In this document: positions 1 to 12,567 of the stretch, one piece after another
How positions within the stretch are numbered: position 1 is the first letter of the stretch
Layout: each line of letters starts with the position of its first letter
Assembly: GCA_964106915.2 (NCBI GenBank)
Contig: OZ066929.1
Strand: one strand, 5' to 3'
DNA: 64,000 bases
Origin: Podarcis gaigeae
Taxonomy: Eukaryota
Position numbers and translations under genes: made by a program
The notes under the pieces: model-generated
The model's database searches: none
Seen by the model: only the letters and a program-made list of their open reading frames with translations
What the model was told of the DNA's origin: nothing

Positions 1-728
1 GACCCCGTACTGCTCACCCTTTGGTCCAGAGGTAGCACACTAGAGAGCATGCACATGAAAACAACCGTCCATGGTTGGGGAAGTGTTATTGTTTGGAAAG
101 GAGCCATTTTTTTCATCTTTTGGGGCACAAACCTGTTCTGTGTTAGAGATCAGTCAGGTCCATGTATTTAAACCAAGGGTGGGGTACCTATGTCCCATAG
201 GCCAATCTTGATCATTAAATGATTCATTGAATGTATCTATAATTGCTGATTTGCTCATAAGCTCCCAAATAAGTCTCTTCTGAAAAAGAAAGGGACTACC
301 AAATGCCAAATGTGCAAGAATTTTTAAACTGTCTGGCACATTTTCCACATTGACTTGTCTGCATTGGGGCTATGATGTCCATCACTGAACATCAGATTGA
401 TCCATTGATGAGTGGGGAGGGTTGATAATCCTTTCTGCACCAATCAGCTGAATGGCTCACAGGCGGGAGGGTCTCACTTTTGGTCTCACCCATTGCTGGT
501 ATGCAGATCCCAGAGTATGCTGGCCAACAAACCCTCAAACCAAAAAAGGTTAGCTATCCTTGTTTTAGAGAATGCACTCAGAGGAGCTTGCTTCTGTTGA
601 AATTAGACCGTGGAAGAACTCATTGGTTCCAACCCTGTGTAAGATGCATTTTTATGTTTTTATTTTATGTTACACGGAGTTGAATATATTTTAAGCTGCC
701 TTTTGTTTCCTTGGCTTTCTCCTTACAG

Positions 729-805
729 AATGTTGCAAGAGACGCAGGTTTCGACAGCCTCAAAGCTGGAGGAGGCTGAACACAAAGTGCAAGCGTTGCA
801 AACAG
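729..805 (+). CDS. CUX1: CUX1 coding exon (human exon 7 equivalent), 77 nt, coiled coil: (R)[25 protein letters not shown]
   Basis: Acceptor ctttctccttacag|, donor G|gtttgc. Peptide matches recalled CUX1/CASP [25 protein letters not shown]. Phase 1 joins the next exon. Confidence 0.95.
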
Positions 806-1813
806 GTTTGCTATTTGACCGATTCAAACGGAGAAGGGGGAGGTGCTTTGGGTTCATCAAAACATTGGCCACCTCCTCTCTTTGTACCGGAGCAGATGCA
901 AGGCTACCAGTTTCCGAACCATAGTTAGGAGACCTCAAGCCTGCCATACATGAGCTCACTCCCACTCACCTCCACTACCTACATGGATTTCTGATGAGGA
1001 TGAACTTTGGTTCACCATAGCATCCACACTGGTACTATGGGAATGGCTTAGAACCAAGCTTAGAACACAAGATGAGCCCAAAGGGGGGCACATCTATCCC
1101 AGCATCCAGTCCTCACAGTGGCCAATGATTTGCTCATGGGAAGCCATTCTCAGGCAGGACTTTCCCCTCCTACCAGACCAACTCTGCCTGTGGCCAGTTA
1201 AAGGTTGGGTCCTCAGCCCTCGACAAGCACCCTGGGATCTTTGTGGCCACCAATGGCCTTTGTTGAGGAGGACCCTCTTATACCCCCAGACCTGGGACCA
1301 GATCAGTCTGTTGCCTATGACTCAGCTGCATCTTGATTTCTGTGCCTGATGTTCTCAGAAAGATTTAGACATGGGAGTTACTTTCCTTCCTTTGGCCCCC
1401 ACACTGAAGTTCAGTCACTTGAAGTTGTCCCTCCCTACCTTCTGTCTCTCCTTCCCCCTCTGCCAGTAGCTTGTTCTTGACTTACCTGCTCTTGCTTCAG
1501 CCTGCCTGGCTTCTTTCCCATCTGAAGCCAGAGCAGGTCCCCGTTTTAACTGGCACAAATGGTTTGTGTCACAGAAGCAGATCTATAAACGGAATATAAT
1601 GTGCTTAGCTAGATTCAGCAGGACAGAATCTGGAAACTTTCACTGTTCCTGAAAGAGAGAGAGTGTGTATTTGTGTGTGTTTTCTAAAGGAAAGAATTTT
1701 GAAAAGCTTTTAAGCCTTGTTTTTCTGCAATGTGATTTTGTTTGGTCAGGGAGAAAGCTTAATGCAAGATGACTTTTCAGACAGAGAACAGTTTATAGTT
1801 CAATAGTAATTGA

Positions 1814-1963
<150 letters not shown>

Positions 1964-3254
1964 TAAGACTTCTTGGCTCCTCTTTAGATATATGCCACGT
2001 GTTTTTAGTGCTCTGCCATCTTCATCTCATTGGGTAAAGCAAAATAGAATTTTTAAAAAACTGGGCCTGGTTCTTAGACCCATGTACATGATGACTTCAT
2101 CTACATATTTTTTTCCTAATATAAATGGAAGTGCCTCTGCAGGGTGCAGCAGAAACACAATAATTCTATGGTTCTATATGCTTGGATTAGCATAGGAACA
2201 ATAAAATTGGGGGGGGGGGGGAGGCGCAGGTGCCCATGTAGTGGGTCTTAACATTTCAAGAGCACCATGGTTGCTGTTCCCTATGGCCCCAAATCCACAC
2301 AGGCATGAAAATAGCCAAGATGATCTTGATGCCAGCATATGAAGATGCTTTAAAGCAAGTCTGGCACTCTGACACTGAGAGGTTGCCACTGCCCAAGATT
2401 TAACCCATATTCTTGATGGAACTAATGTTACACACTCACACCCCACTTTCCAACAAGATAGGTTTCTCTAAAATGAAAACCTTGTAGTGGTGGTGGTGAT
2501 TTCTCCATCCAACACCATAGATTTATGGGCCCAGCAACACTAGATGCCCGTTGCTAACACAGCAAACAACTAATAGCATTCCTACAGATAACCTCAGTGA
2601 GAAAAGGGCTCAGGTTGCTCCCAAGGAGTTGGATTTGTGTATACCATTTGTCCAATGAGGAAGTATGCCCCCAAATATTCTTTATTGCCTTTCTCTGGGG
2701 CAGTGAAGGTGTTAATGACTAGAACAAAAATGGCTTTGCAGCACGTCAACAGGGATACTAGAATCTGAAATCGACAAGATGCCATCAGTAAAGTTTTCCA
2801 TGTGTAGGCTTGAAATAAAATGCAATTAGGCCTTTATGTGCAGAACAAGGATCCATTGATGACTACAGCTGGTCTTTGTTTTCATCTGTCACTGAGTGTG
2901 GGAGGTAGAAAGTGCTCCTCTTCATGTTTATTAATGCAGGATTCCTGAGACAAATGGCAAGCACAGTTTAATGTTTGTTGGGACATGGTGGGGCTTGCCA
3001 AAACAGTTGTGTAAGAGGATTTCAAGGTTTTCAGATTGCGGCTCTTCCTAGGTTAAATAAATGGATGGCAGGCCTGCCTGTTTCTCTTCAAGAGGCAAGC
3101 CAAGCAGGAGAGGCCTGAGAGAAGCAGCAGCAATAAATGGGGAGCACTTGGAGGAACTGGGCAAGAGGAGACAAGACTTGGCAGTGAATGAAGGGTGAAG
3201 GAGGAGACAGGACAAGGAGAGACATGGTTGTTCTGCCAGGATGGTCGAAGGGAG

Positions 3255-3450
3255 GAACCCCAGCTCAGTGAGAGAGCCCCTGCTTTTGCATGTAGAAGAT
3301 CCCAGGTCCAGTCCCCAGCACCTCTAGCTTTAAAAAGGGTCAGGGTGCTGGGAAAAGACCTGTTAACTCTGGAAAGATGCTATCGGAGTAGACAGTATTG
3401 GAGTAGATAGGCAAATAGTCTGGCCTGATAGACAGCAGCTCCCTTTGTTC
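3255..3450 (+). mobile_element. Degenerate tRNA-derived SINE with CR1-like tail (Squam2-like); related copies near 30825-30975(+), 32022-32190(-), 39650-39830(+), 50700-51000(-), 55120-55300(+)
   Basis: A-box-like agctcagtgagagagc and tgcatgtagaagatcccaggtccagtcccc B-box region, ending gcagctccctttgttcc. The pattern recurs in the window. Family name is from memory. Confidence 0.55.
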
Positions 3451-4752
3451 CTTTGAGGGCTGCTTCAGACCTGCATGTTGGAGACATGGCCCTGTATGTG
3501 CAAGGTCCAAGGCTTGAGAAGATGTCATTCAGCCCTGCATTGTGTATGAGCAATATGCAGTTTTCTGGAAGTCTGCATTTGTGTTTAACCACCAGGATGA
3601 ATGTTTTACCCAGCCTCAGTGGAAGAATGAGACGCAATGGGTCTAGGTTATATTGAAGCATGTTAGGTGCGATTTTGGGAAACTTCCTGTGCATTAGAAA
3701 TGGTGGTTCAAGTTTCTTAGGGACTCTGACTCACTGTTCATGCAGGTTTTTTAAAAGGAGCTGCTTGGACAGCACTGTCATCTATATGTGCATATTTTAA
3801 ATTTCCGGTGGGATTTATGCAATAGCCACTTTACCTCATGAATTTGCACATGTCTCTTGAAATATAGGTGCTGTGGGACAGGGTCTTAAAGGAAGTAGAT
3901 AGATTGGGGTGGGGAACTTCTTCTATCCTCTGTGTGAGATCAGAATATTCTCACTTGAATGTGAATCAAATTTTATAAGTGGACAAAGTTGCACATCTGT
4001 CAGTCAACTGACACCACACTTTGAAGTCCCAATTGTTGGGACTTCAAAGTCAGTACAATGTTTGAACGCCCTTTGGCTGTTTGTGTAGAAGAGGGTGCTG
4101 AGAGTGATCCCCGTCCCCCGGACTGGTGAGTCATCCAAATCCAGCCCTGGAACCCTGATCATGACATGCTTTGTCTGTACAGTTGATATTGTAGGTGACA
4201 GTTTAGCTGCACTAGCTCAGGTTAGGCATCACAGCCATAGCATCATTTGACTATTGTTTGTGGACTTCAGGCTTGTGCAGTCCAGAATGTGAAACTGCAG
4301 TTTAAACTAGGTTTCCCAGACTGATCTGGAGGCAAGCTAGTTTGCACTAGACATGGCTTTCCCAATCTGCGCATCTTGGCAAACTCTAGTTGTTGCAGAC
4401 TTGAAAGCGAGAAATAGAATTGGAGCGCATGAAGGGAAGAAAGAGCTTGGAAGCCCATCTGTGATAAGAAACCATTGCTTGGTGATGATTCTCAAATGGG
4501 CACTGTGATTAAAATTAGGTAGGACAACATAGGGACAGATACTTTGGCTCTGTGGGATAAAGCAGGGTTCTCTACCATCGTTTTTGCTGCTTTTGTCTCA
4601 CAGTCTTCACCAACAGCATGGCTATTGGCCAGGGATGATGCAGTCCAAAACATCTGGAGAGTACCAGGTTGGGGAAGGATGCTATACTGTAGTGGCTCTG
4701 TCTATAGCTGTGTTGTTAATGATGTAATCACACACCTGTTGTAAAGTTGACT

Positions 4753-4960
4753 GAGAGCCGGTGTTGGACTAGGACTTGGGAGACCAGGGTTCAAATCCCC
4801 ACTAAGCCATGAAGCTCCTTGGGTGACTCATGGGCCAGTCGCTGCCTCTCAGCCTGACCCACCTCCCAGTATTGCTATGAGGATAAAACCGGGGGGGGGG
4901 GGGAGACCCATGTATACCACCTTGAGCTCCTTGGAGGAAAGGTGAGATATAAATCTAATT
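4753..4960 (+). mobile_element. CORE/MIR-like tRNA SINE (Squam3-like)
   Basis: B box ggttcaaatccc, core gggtgac..gggccagtc..ctcagcct, and tail ttgagctccttggaggaaaggtgagatataaat. Confidence 0.75.
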
Positions 4961-6999
4961 AATTTTGTCATTCTTATAGTCCACCTTTCTAGCTGAATGG
5001 CCTGACAAGGTGGCTTTTTTAAAAAGCAGCATTGCACCTAAAATTTCATCAATAGTTTAAAAACCAATTTAGGTTCTTAAAAACCTAATATATAAGCATA
5101 ACTAGGAGTAAAGCGCTCTGAGATAAAATGCAGAAGGAAATGCCCACCGTGATGCTCTGCCTATTTCTGACAGGCTGCCTTGCCCCCTGTGAATGTGATC
5201 CAAGCAGCATATGGCACCAAATGGGGCCTAGGTTTCTCCTAATAGAGGAGAGGCTGAAACCTCTAGCCAGAAGCTGATTAGCTTTAAGCACCTTCAGTCC
5301 CATAGCGTAACCTTTGTCTCTTTCTTCCCCTCACCTTACCAGTGCAGCCTTCAGCCCTTAATAAGGTGGCAATTCAAATTTATGATCAGCACAGCTGTGA
5401 TGTCCTGGAAATGTACTTGCTGGCAGGGGAGCAGATGCCTTCTTGGAAATGAGGGAGTATAACAGGAGACTCTATGGGTGCTTTTCTTCCCTCTGCGCCC
5501 CTCTCTCCCCAGGCAAAAATATTAAAAGGTGGATTTTAGTAGAAGGTTCTTTCTAAGCTACAGGGTGTACGGCTTAGTTGGGTTGGGGATTTCTTTTATT
5601 TTCCCTGATGGTGTTTTTGATTTCTTGGGAAGGAGTATGTTAGTGCTTTCTCCTTAAATATTCATACTATTTCCCCCTGGGATTTGTTTCTTGTAATTAG
5701 TGAAATTGGAAGGGGCCTGGCATTGTTGGAGTGCATGTGAGAAGCTTGGGTGGAGTTTAGGAATGTAACTGGCCTCCCATGTTATCCCTCCTGCTCCCTA
5801 AAATCTGAGGGGAAGGCTCTTTTCTGTGTCCCGATGTGGCTGGGTTCCAAATTGGTCTGGAGGCAAGAGAGGGCCCTTTTCTGTCGCCTCTCCCCAGTTG
5901 CAGAGCTCGATCCCATGGGAGGTTTATTTGGCCCTCTGCTTTTAGCTTCTCCTTCCAGTTGCACTTTTTGATCTTTTAATTCCTGTGTCAGGTTTGGGTG
6001 CTAACTAGAGACTTCTATACCCCAGTGTAGGGGTTTCTGGCCCCTAAAGGATGCCTTGCAAACAAACCCTCCCTACTTTGACTATCTTCCCAGTTGATTG
6101 GCAATTGTGGCATGGAGGGCTCTATCTGGATGTCTGGAGCCACACAGCATGGTGGGTTTCAGAGAGACTTCCCCAGAATTCAGCCAGAGAGGGAATTTCA
6201 GATTGCAGCCCTGTTTGAGAAAAGGCTTCGCGTTTCTCTTTTTTATCTGGCAGATTGTACTCAAATTGTCTCCTCTGTAACATTTCTAATCCCCACCCCA
6301 CTGTGCATAATCAGGTGTGCCTTCCCTTGATATGAATATCTGAAATACTGTGGTAATGTTTCTATATTTAAGGTCTTCAGAATCTTAAAACTCAGATTTT
6401 TAAGGACCAGTGTTGGATAGTGCGTGAATTTTTGTGCTGCCGCCGTGTTTTACTTTGAGGCCCGTAATACTAAAACAAGTTTTTCCTAAAGCGTAAATGC
6501 TGCATTAGCTACGCCTGAGCTCCCAGGTCCACAATGTTTTATGTGTCATGTTATGCGTATTAACTGTACCCCCACCCAGCCTTGTGATCAGTTTTTCTCT
6601 CTTCCCAAATAGGCCTACTATTGCTTTGTTGCTCCCATAGAAATGTAGACAAGTCGATCTGTGGCTCCGATAGCAAGCAAACATTTCACCAACAGCAGTA
6701 TCATCTTACCTGCTTTGTTTCTCTCTAGATGCTGCTCACTGTGCAGTTTGACTGCTGCATTTGCAGGATGATGGTCTCGCTAAGGTTACATTTTGGTCCT
6801 TATCTGAGAGTAAATGTGGAGCAGGGGGGCAGCGGAAATAATATAATGGGAGTACAATTTGCTCCACAAAAGGGTTCCCACCTCTGCTCTGCTCTCCCCC
6901 TTCTCTCCAGCGTGGAAATCTCTCCTGTACCCTCCCATAAAGCAAATTTAATATGGCACCAAACAGCTGGCTGGCTTGGAAACTGAAAAGTTTCCTTTC

Positions 7000-7480
7000 C
7001 AAGAGAAAGGGAGGGAGATAATTGAACGCTTTGATTTGTTTCATGGTTTGTTTGCCCTTTCATTCCTTTCCCGAGGTGCTGTTTGTTGAGGAATGTCTCC
7101 AATTGCCAGGGAGATGGTGGGGTGTCTAATACTTTCCCGCCAGCACTCCTTTCAGCCAGAGCCGAGGACCATGGCAAGCCTGCGACATGCATTTTTAATG
7201 CAGAACTCTATACCCCGGCCCTTGCAGCACGGCGGCGCGGCCCTCTCTGGAGCTTTCAGATTTAACGCTCCACTGAACAAAGCACAGGCTCAGGGCAGTC
7301 GGCATCAGCTGGCATTAACCCCTGCGCGGACCAGTTAATTTCCCCACAGAGCCAGCCAGGGAGACGGCGAAAGGCTTTTGTTCCGTTTATTTGACTATTT
7401 CCAACATTGCAACGGTGCCTTCAGATACAGATTTATTGTTGGTCTCGTTTGCTGATCCCGATTGCTGCAATCTATCAGCA
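7000..7480. promoter_or_regulatory. Candidate intronic enhancer in intron 8
   Basis: Locally CpG-rich, non-repetitive block with SOX-like AACAAAG, E-box CAGCTG and TTAAT motifs. Confidence 0.35.
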
Positions 7481-8201
7481 TGTAGGCCCCTTCCTTACTT
7501 GTGGCTAACTCTTCGCAACAGCCTGCATAGATCCCTCTCCTCTCCTCTTGAAGAAGCATGGGGATTATGTGGAGTTGAACACATGTAGCTTCCTTGTACC
7601 AAATCAGAGCATTCGCCCACCTAACCCCAGGCTGTCCACTTGTACTGGCAGCAACCTGCCAAGGTCTCAGTTCTTTTGCAGCCATATTGCGTGATGATTC
7701 CTGGGTTCAGACCTGGGGACGGTTCTCCAATGAGTTATATGTAGCCTCTTCTGTGGTGCCATGTAGGCTGGCATGGAACTGATATTCTTATAGTCTCGTG
7801 ACCTTCTTCTGACTGTACGGGAAAGTTTTCTGGTGGATCAATAAATGATAAGAAATGGTTGAATAACATCTGCTTAGGGTTTCTCCCCCACTCCCGCTTT
7901 CTGTCTTTGCTGCTGTTCATGCATCAGTCTGTTTGGCAATGTTCAAGAACGTCTAGATCAGGGTTTCTCAAACTTGGGTCTCCAGCTGTTTTTGGACTAC
8001 AACTACTATCATCCCTAGGAATGGAAGGTATTCCAAGTCAGGTGTGATTCCCAAGGAGACTTCAGCACCTCTTAATTTGAGAAATCAACCCCTGGTGTTC
8101 AGAACCCACCATCTCCCACCCGGTCCCATTACACATTGCAGATAGATTCATGCCGTTGAAAACTTTCCTAGCCACAAACTTCACTCTGGGAGACACTCCC
8201 G

Positions 8202-9200
8202 TTTTTTTAAATATTTATATTTTATTAAGGTGATTTCAGTTAAAAGAAATAAAGTGATCCAGGGGGGAGGGAAGGAGAGGGAGAAAAACCTCAAAGATAC
8301 ATATAAAAGGAAAAATATGCAAAGAAAAGAAGAAGCAATATACAATATTCCCATACATTCTTGTATAAATTGGTATAGTGTTATTGTCCTGGTGCTTATG
8401 TAAATGTTAATCGCCTACTACACTTTATATAAACTCATTCCAAATGCTATCATATTTATCCATACAGCGTCTGTGCCTGTAAGCAGTCCGTTCATAAATT
8501 GCCAGTCCATTGATTGAAGGGTATCATATTTTTATTTTTCCAATTAATAATAATAATAATACCTTTATTGTCATTGTACAACCTGTGTACAATGAAATTA
8601 AACAAGCACCCCCCCTCCCGCAAACACTCAATCTCTTACCAAACAACACACCACCTCGCAAGTCAATTTCACTATGTTATTTTTCATTCAACAGCCTAAC
8701 AACCCATGGATAGAAGCTATTTTTTAGCCTGTTGGTACGGCTGAGTATACTTCTATATCTCCTACCGAAGGGTAGAAGATTAAAGAGGCGATGGCTGGGG
8801 TGTGAGTAATCCCTGAGAATTTTTCTTGCTCTCCTAAGGCAACGATCCCTTGCGATGTCATCTAACGGACTCAAGGGACAGCCCATGATATTATTCTAAT
8901 TCCTCAATATCAATCTCTTGGCCACCATTAGGGTGCAGAAAATCCATTTCCATTGTTCCGTTGATAATTCCCATACTGCAGATACATAGTTCAATAAAAT
9001 ATTCTAGGCTGAAAGCTTTAACTTTTTCTGCACAGTCATAGTTACAGAGTCCAGCACTTTCTCCCAAAACTTGTTAAGAACACTGTACAATCATGTGTTT
9101 CAGAGAGATGTTGTCCTTGCCACATCTCCAACACTGAGCTATCTCAACTAATCCTTTTTTATACAACTGTAACTCCAGACTCTGCCATGTGCACCTATCA
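8202..9200 (-). mobile_element. L1-clade LINE 3' fragment (decayed ORF2 C-terminus plus 3' UTR), interrupted by a Rex1-like insert
   Basis: Minus strand reads CWRCGKD..H....C then KFWEKV and AKRLILRN-W-KNK..PFNQW, typical of the L1 ORF2 Cys-rich end. AATAAA and an A-rich end near 8202-8230. Confidence 0.7.
8546..8893 (-). mobile_element. Rex1/Babar-type LINE, 5'-truncated
   Basis: ORF 8677..8886: GCPLSPLDDIARDRCLRRARKILRDYSHPSHRLFNLLPFGRRYRSILSRTNRLKNSFYPWVVRLLN, the characteristic Rex1 C-terminus. Ends TGACAATAAA plus (TAT)n. Flanks are ttccaatt / ttctaatt. Confidence 0.85.
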
Positions 9201-10304
9201 GCATAGGTCATGAAGGCTCCAGGAATACTGCAAGTTTTCTCCAGAAATAAGCCTGAGTGTTGCCTCTGATGACACTCATAACATTAACGTATTAACAATT
9301 GCATTAGAGGGGAGAACTGTACACCTACCATCCATAATGGGAGAAAGAGTCTTGCATGTTTAAAATGTGATAGAGGGAGATGTTAGCTGCAGAGAGTCAG
9401 ACTGGATACAAAACAGGCAGAGGTGTTAATGGCACTCAGCAAAGGATTTACACTCAAGCAGTGTTTAAAGTGTTTGCCTTGAGCCCTTTTGAATTGCATG
9501 CACAACTTGACTTTAAAGTGATACCACAGAAATACATTTACACTTTTTAACAATCGTGGACGGGCTCGCGTTCTTCAGCCAAAAAGTTTGCCCGTTTTCC
9601 CTGTGGTATTGGAGAGGAAATATCAGCAGGGCAGAGAAATCTGAACAAAAGGCAAAAGGTTTATCGGGAGGAGAAAGATTTCCCAAAACTCAACTAAGCC
9701 CTGTTGGGGTGAGGGACATTTTCTGTAAAAAGAGTTGGCAGGAACTGAGTCCTGCTTCCTGTCCCTGAGAGCAGCTGCTTCCCATTTGGGTCATGGGTTT
9801 CTTCCTGACCCAGTGAGAATGGGAATCCATAGTAAGAAAACCCCTTCTTTTTTACTAAATAAAGCCAGTGTCAAGCAGACACTCTTCCATTGAGGGTCAG
9901 AACAGATGTGACACAGCAGAACTGTGATCAGCTCTCCCAGTGTTTTTCTAAAACTTTTTTTTTAAGCTGCTGGTGGGGAAAGAGAGGTGGTCTGATTTTG
10001 ATTGGAGCAATGACATGGTGGGGGGTGAGGGGTACTTAATCTTTTTCTGCTACTCAGTTTCTCCAGCTGAGATCACACACAGCTGTTACTTGCCTCACAG
10101 GGTGGGGAGAGATTTGGTATATTTTGTCTTCTCCACTGAAGCCAACTGCAGCATTGAAAGTGGGGGTGCAATTTCAAGTAGGGACAAGGGAAGCATTAAA
10201 ACACCCAAACCTTTGATCTGATCAGAGTTTGAACTGGGGGATGGATCATACATTGGGACTAGATAATAGGAAGCTTGGATTTTATAGGTCTCTACAGTTA
10301 GTGT

Positions 10305-10357
<53 letters not shown>
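10305..10357. repeat. Compound (TC)n(AC)n microsatellite
   Basis: Directly visible. Confidence 0.97.
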
Positions 10358-10359
<2 letters not shown>

Positions 10360-12178
10360 GTCTGACTTTGCCCCACTGCATGCTGGTTTGGCAGCATCCT
10401 TTACCTTAGCCTCACCACATATTCTAATACAGAAATGAAAATCAAAGCCGCCTGAGCAGAGCCGAGTGGGATAATGTGTACACCTGTGAAGGGCTAGAAC
10501 GTCTGGCCCCTGCTTCATAACACTTCACAAGTGACAAGAGATGACTCACCTGGCCAGTTTGTGACTAAGCCCCATAATAGGAGGTCATTGACATGGAGGT
10601 TAATGCAGCACCTGGCATCTCAATGCTTACTCTTTCAGACTTGCCTCTTATGGCAAAAGCAGAAGGAAACTGCAGTTGCACTGTAAACTGTGCCTGCATG
10701 CTGGTACATCCGTGCCTAAGTACTGCATCAATAGAATCACATTGTTCTCTGGGGCGAAGTAAGCGCTCTTTTTTATTGCTGGAATGGAGCTTGGAGATAA
10801 CAGAGACTTCATGTTATGGCATCACAATTTGGCCCAATTGCTTTTGAACATTAAAGGTGCTATTATTAAGGGTTTCCTTTAGCACATGCTTGCAGAGCCC
10901 TGGAGATGGATATAAGGGAGACCTTTTCTGGCTCTAGAAGTGACTTAGGGGTCCCAATCCTGCCATCAAATTAGCACAAGGGTATCCTTGCTCCTTACAA
11001 GTGAGCCATATAATAGTAAACGGTGCTTGGAGGACACACCCGGCTGACCTCCCTTGATTTCGTTGCAAATAGAAGGCTCTATTTTGGTGGTTCTTCTTAG
11101 ATTCTTTGCAGCCTAGTGGAATACTTTAGTTTTCAGGAAGCACATATCTGGAAAAATGAGGGCCCTTCTAGATCAGATCAAAGGTCCATCTAGCCCAACT
11201 TCTTCCTTCCATCAGTGACCACCAAGTGTCATCAATTCATATCAAACAGACTGTGTTTGCACGCAACACCTAAGCTTAGCTCTCTAAGTGACATTTTGCA
11301 AGCCATTGGCAGCATGCTTTCAAATCTTAAATTGCAACCTTATAGGCAGTGTTTATTACTGGGGTTCCCCCCCCCCTCAGAGGGTACAAAACCATCCATT
11401 ACATTGTGACTGCACAGGATTTACTCTCCTGCCGAGTGCTGAAGTGTCCAGCAGGTGCAGCAGAGTTTGACTTAAGCAGTGTCGCAATCCCTAACCAGAA
11501 TATTCTATAGAACTTCTCGCTGCAACATTCAGCCAAGGGCAGCCTCACTGTTGGTACCAAATGCTCGTTCAACTTACAGATGTCTCTGTTTTCTGCAAAT
11601 GCTAGCAAGGAAGCAAATCTCTGTTTTCCTCTTTTAGTGGGATGCAGCCTTTTCCTTTACAGAGCTCTGTGCGCTGCAGGTGTATCATGGGCGAGGCTTA
11701 AGGAAGGGCTTCCAAAGAGTGACCAGTTCGCAGGTTAACAGGCATTAGATCAGCAGCTTTTTAATTTTGCGTGAAAGGTCTCTGCTTATTACAAGAACGA
11801 GGTATGTTATTTCAGCAGGTTTATGGCGAATCATAAAAATAGTAAAGATTCCTCTGGCAGGCCTGATGCTGCTAGGGGCTGCAGCAGACATAATGGAGCT
11901 GCAGTTAAGAGAGCAGGGGCCGGAGACAATATTTCATGCCTTCTCCCTACACCCCCTCCCTGGCTCCAGTTGCCTACTGAAGAGTCTCCCTTCATATGAG
12001 CTGCCAAAAAGTCAGTTCCCCATGGTTCTCCTTTAAAGACCCATGAATTGATTGCAGCAGCATCTTTTGAGACTAGAACCCACTTCATTGCATGATGGTA
12101 ACACTCACTGCAACTGAAGAAGAGGCCCCCAGTCCAAGTAAGCTTATGTCATGTCAGTCTCCTTGAAATGAATGCAGT

Positions 12179-12567
12179 CCATATATGGACAGAAGGAACA
12201 CCCCCCCCCCCCGATATAACAGTTTTCACACACAGGGCAGACTAAAAATAATAGTTTGAGTTCCTCACTTGAAGCTTTATAAATTTATATATTGTACCAT
12301 GACGCATGGAAATCATTAATTATGTACCGGTTGACTAGGGGATTATTATTGTAACTGAAATGTAACTGACATTACTTAAGATTATGGAACACAGTGATAT
12401 AAGATCGGAAATGCACCCAAACCATCATGCAGGGAGCCACTTTAACTAAAATGTATTAATTGGAAGATGATTGGCACTATGATAATTGTATAATTTGGGA
12501 ATGAATCGATATTGTTATAATTTGGCTATTATTGGGAGTATATTGGAATAGAGAGAGAGAAAAAAAA
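12179..12567 (+). mobile_element. AT-rich retroposed insertion, probably a LINE 3' UTR
   Basis: A-rich tail, flanked by a 9-bp direct repeat gaatgcagt (12170-12178, 12568-12576). Confidence 0.55.
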
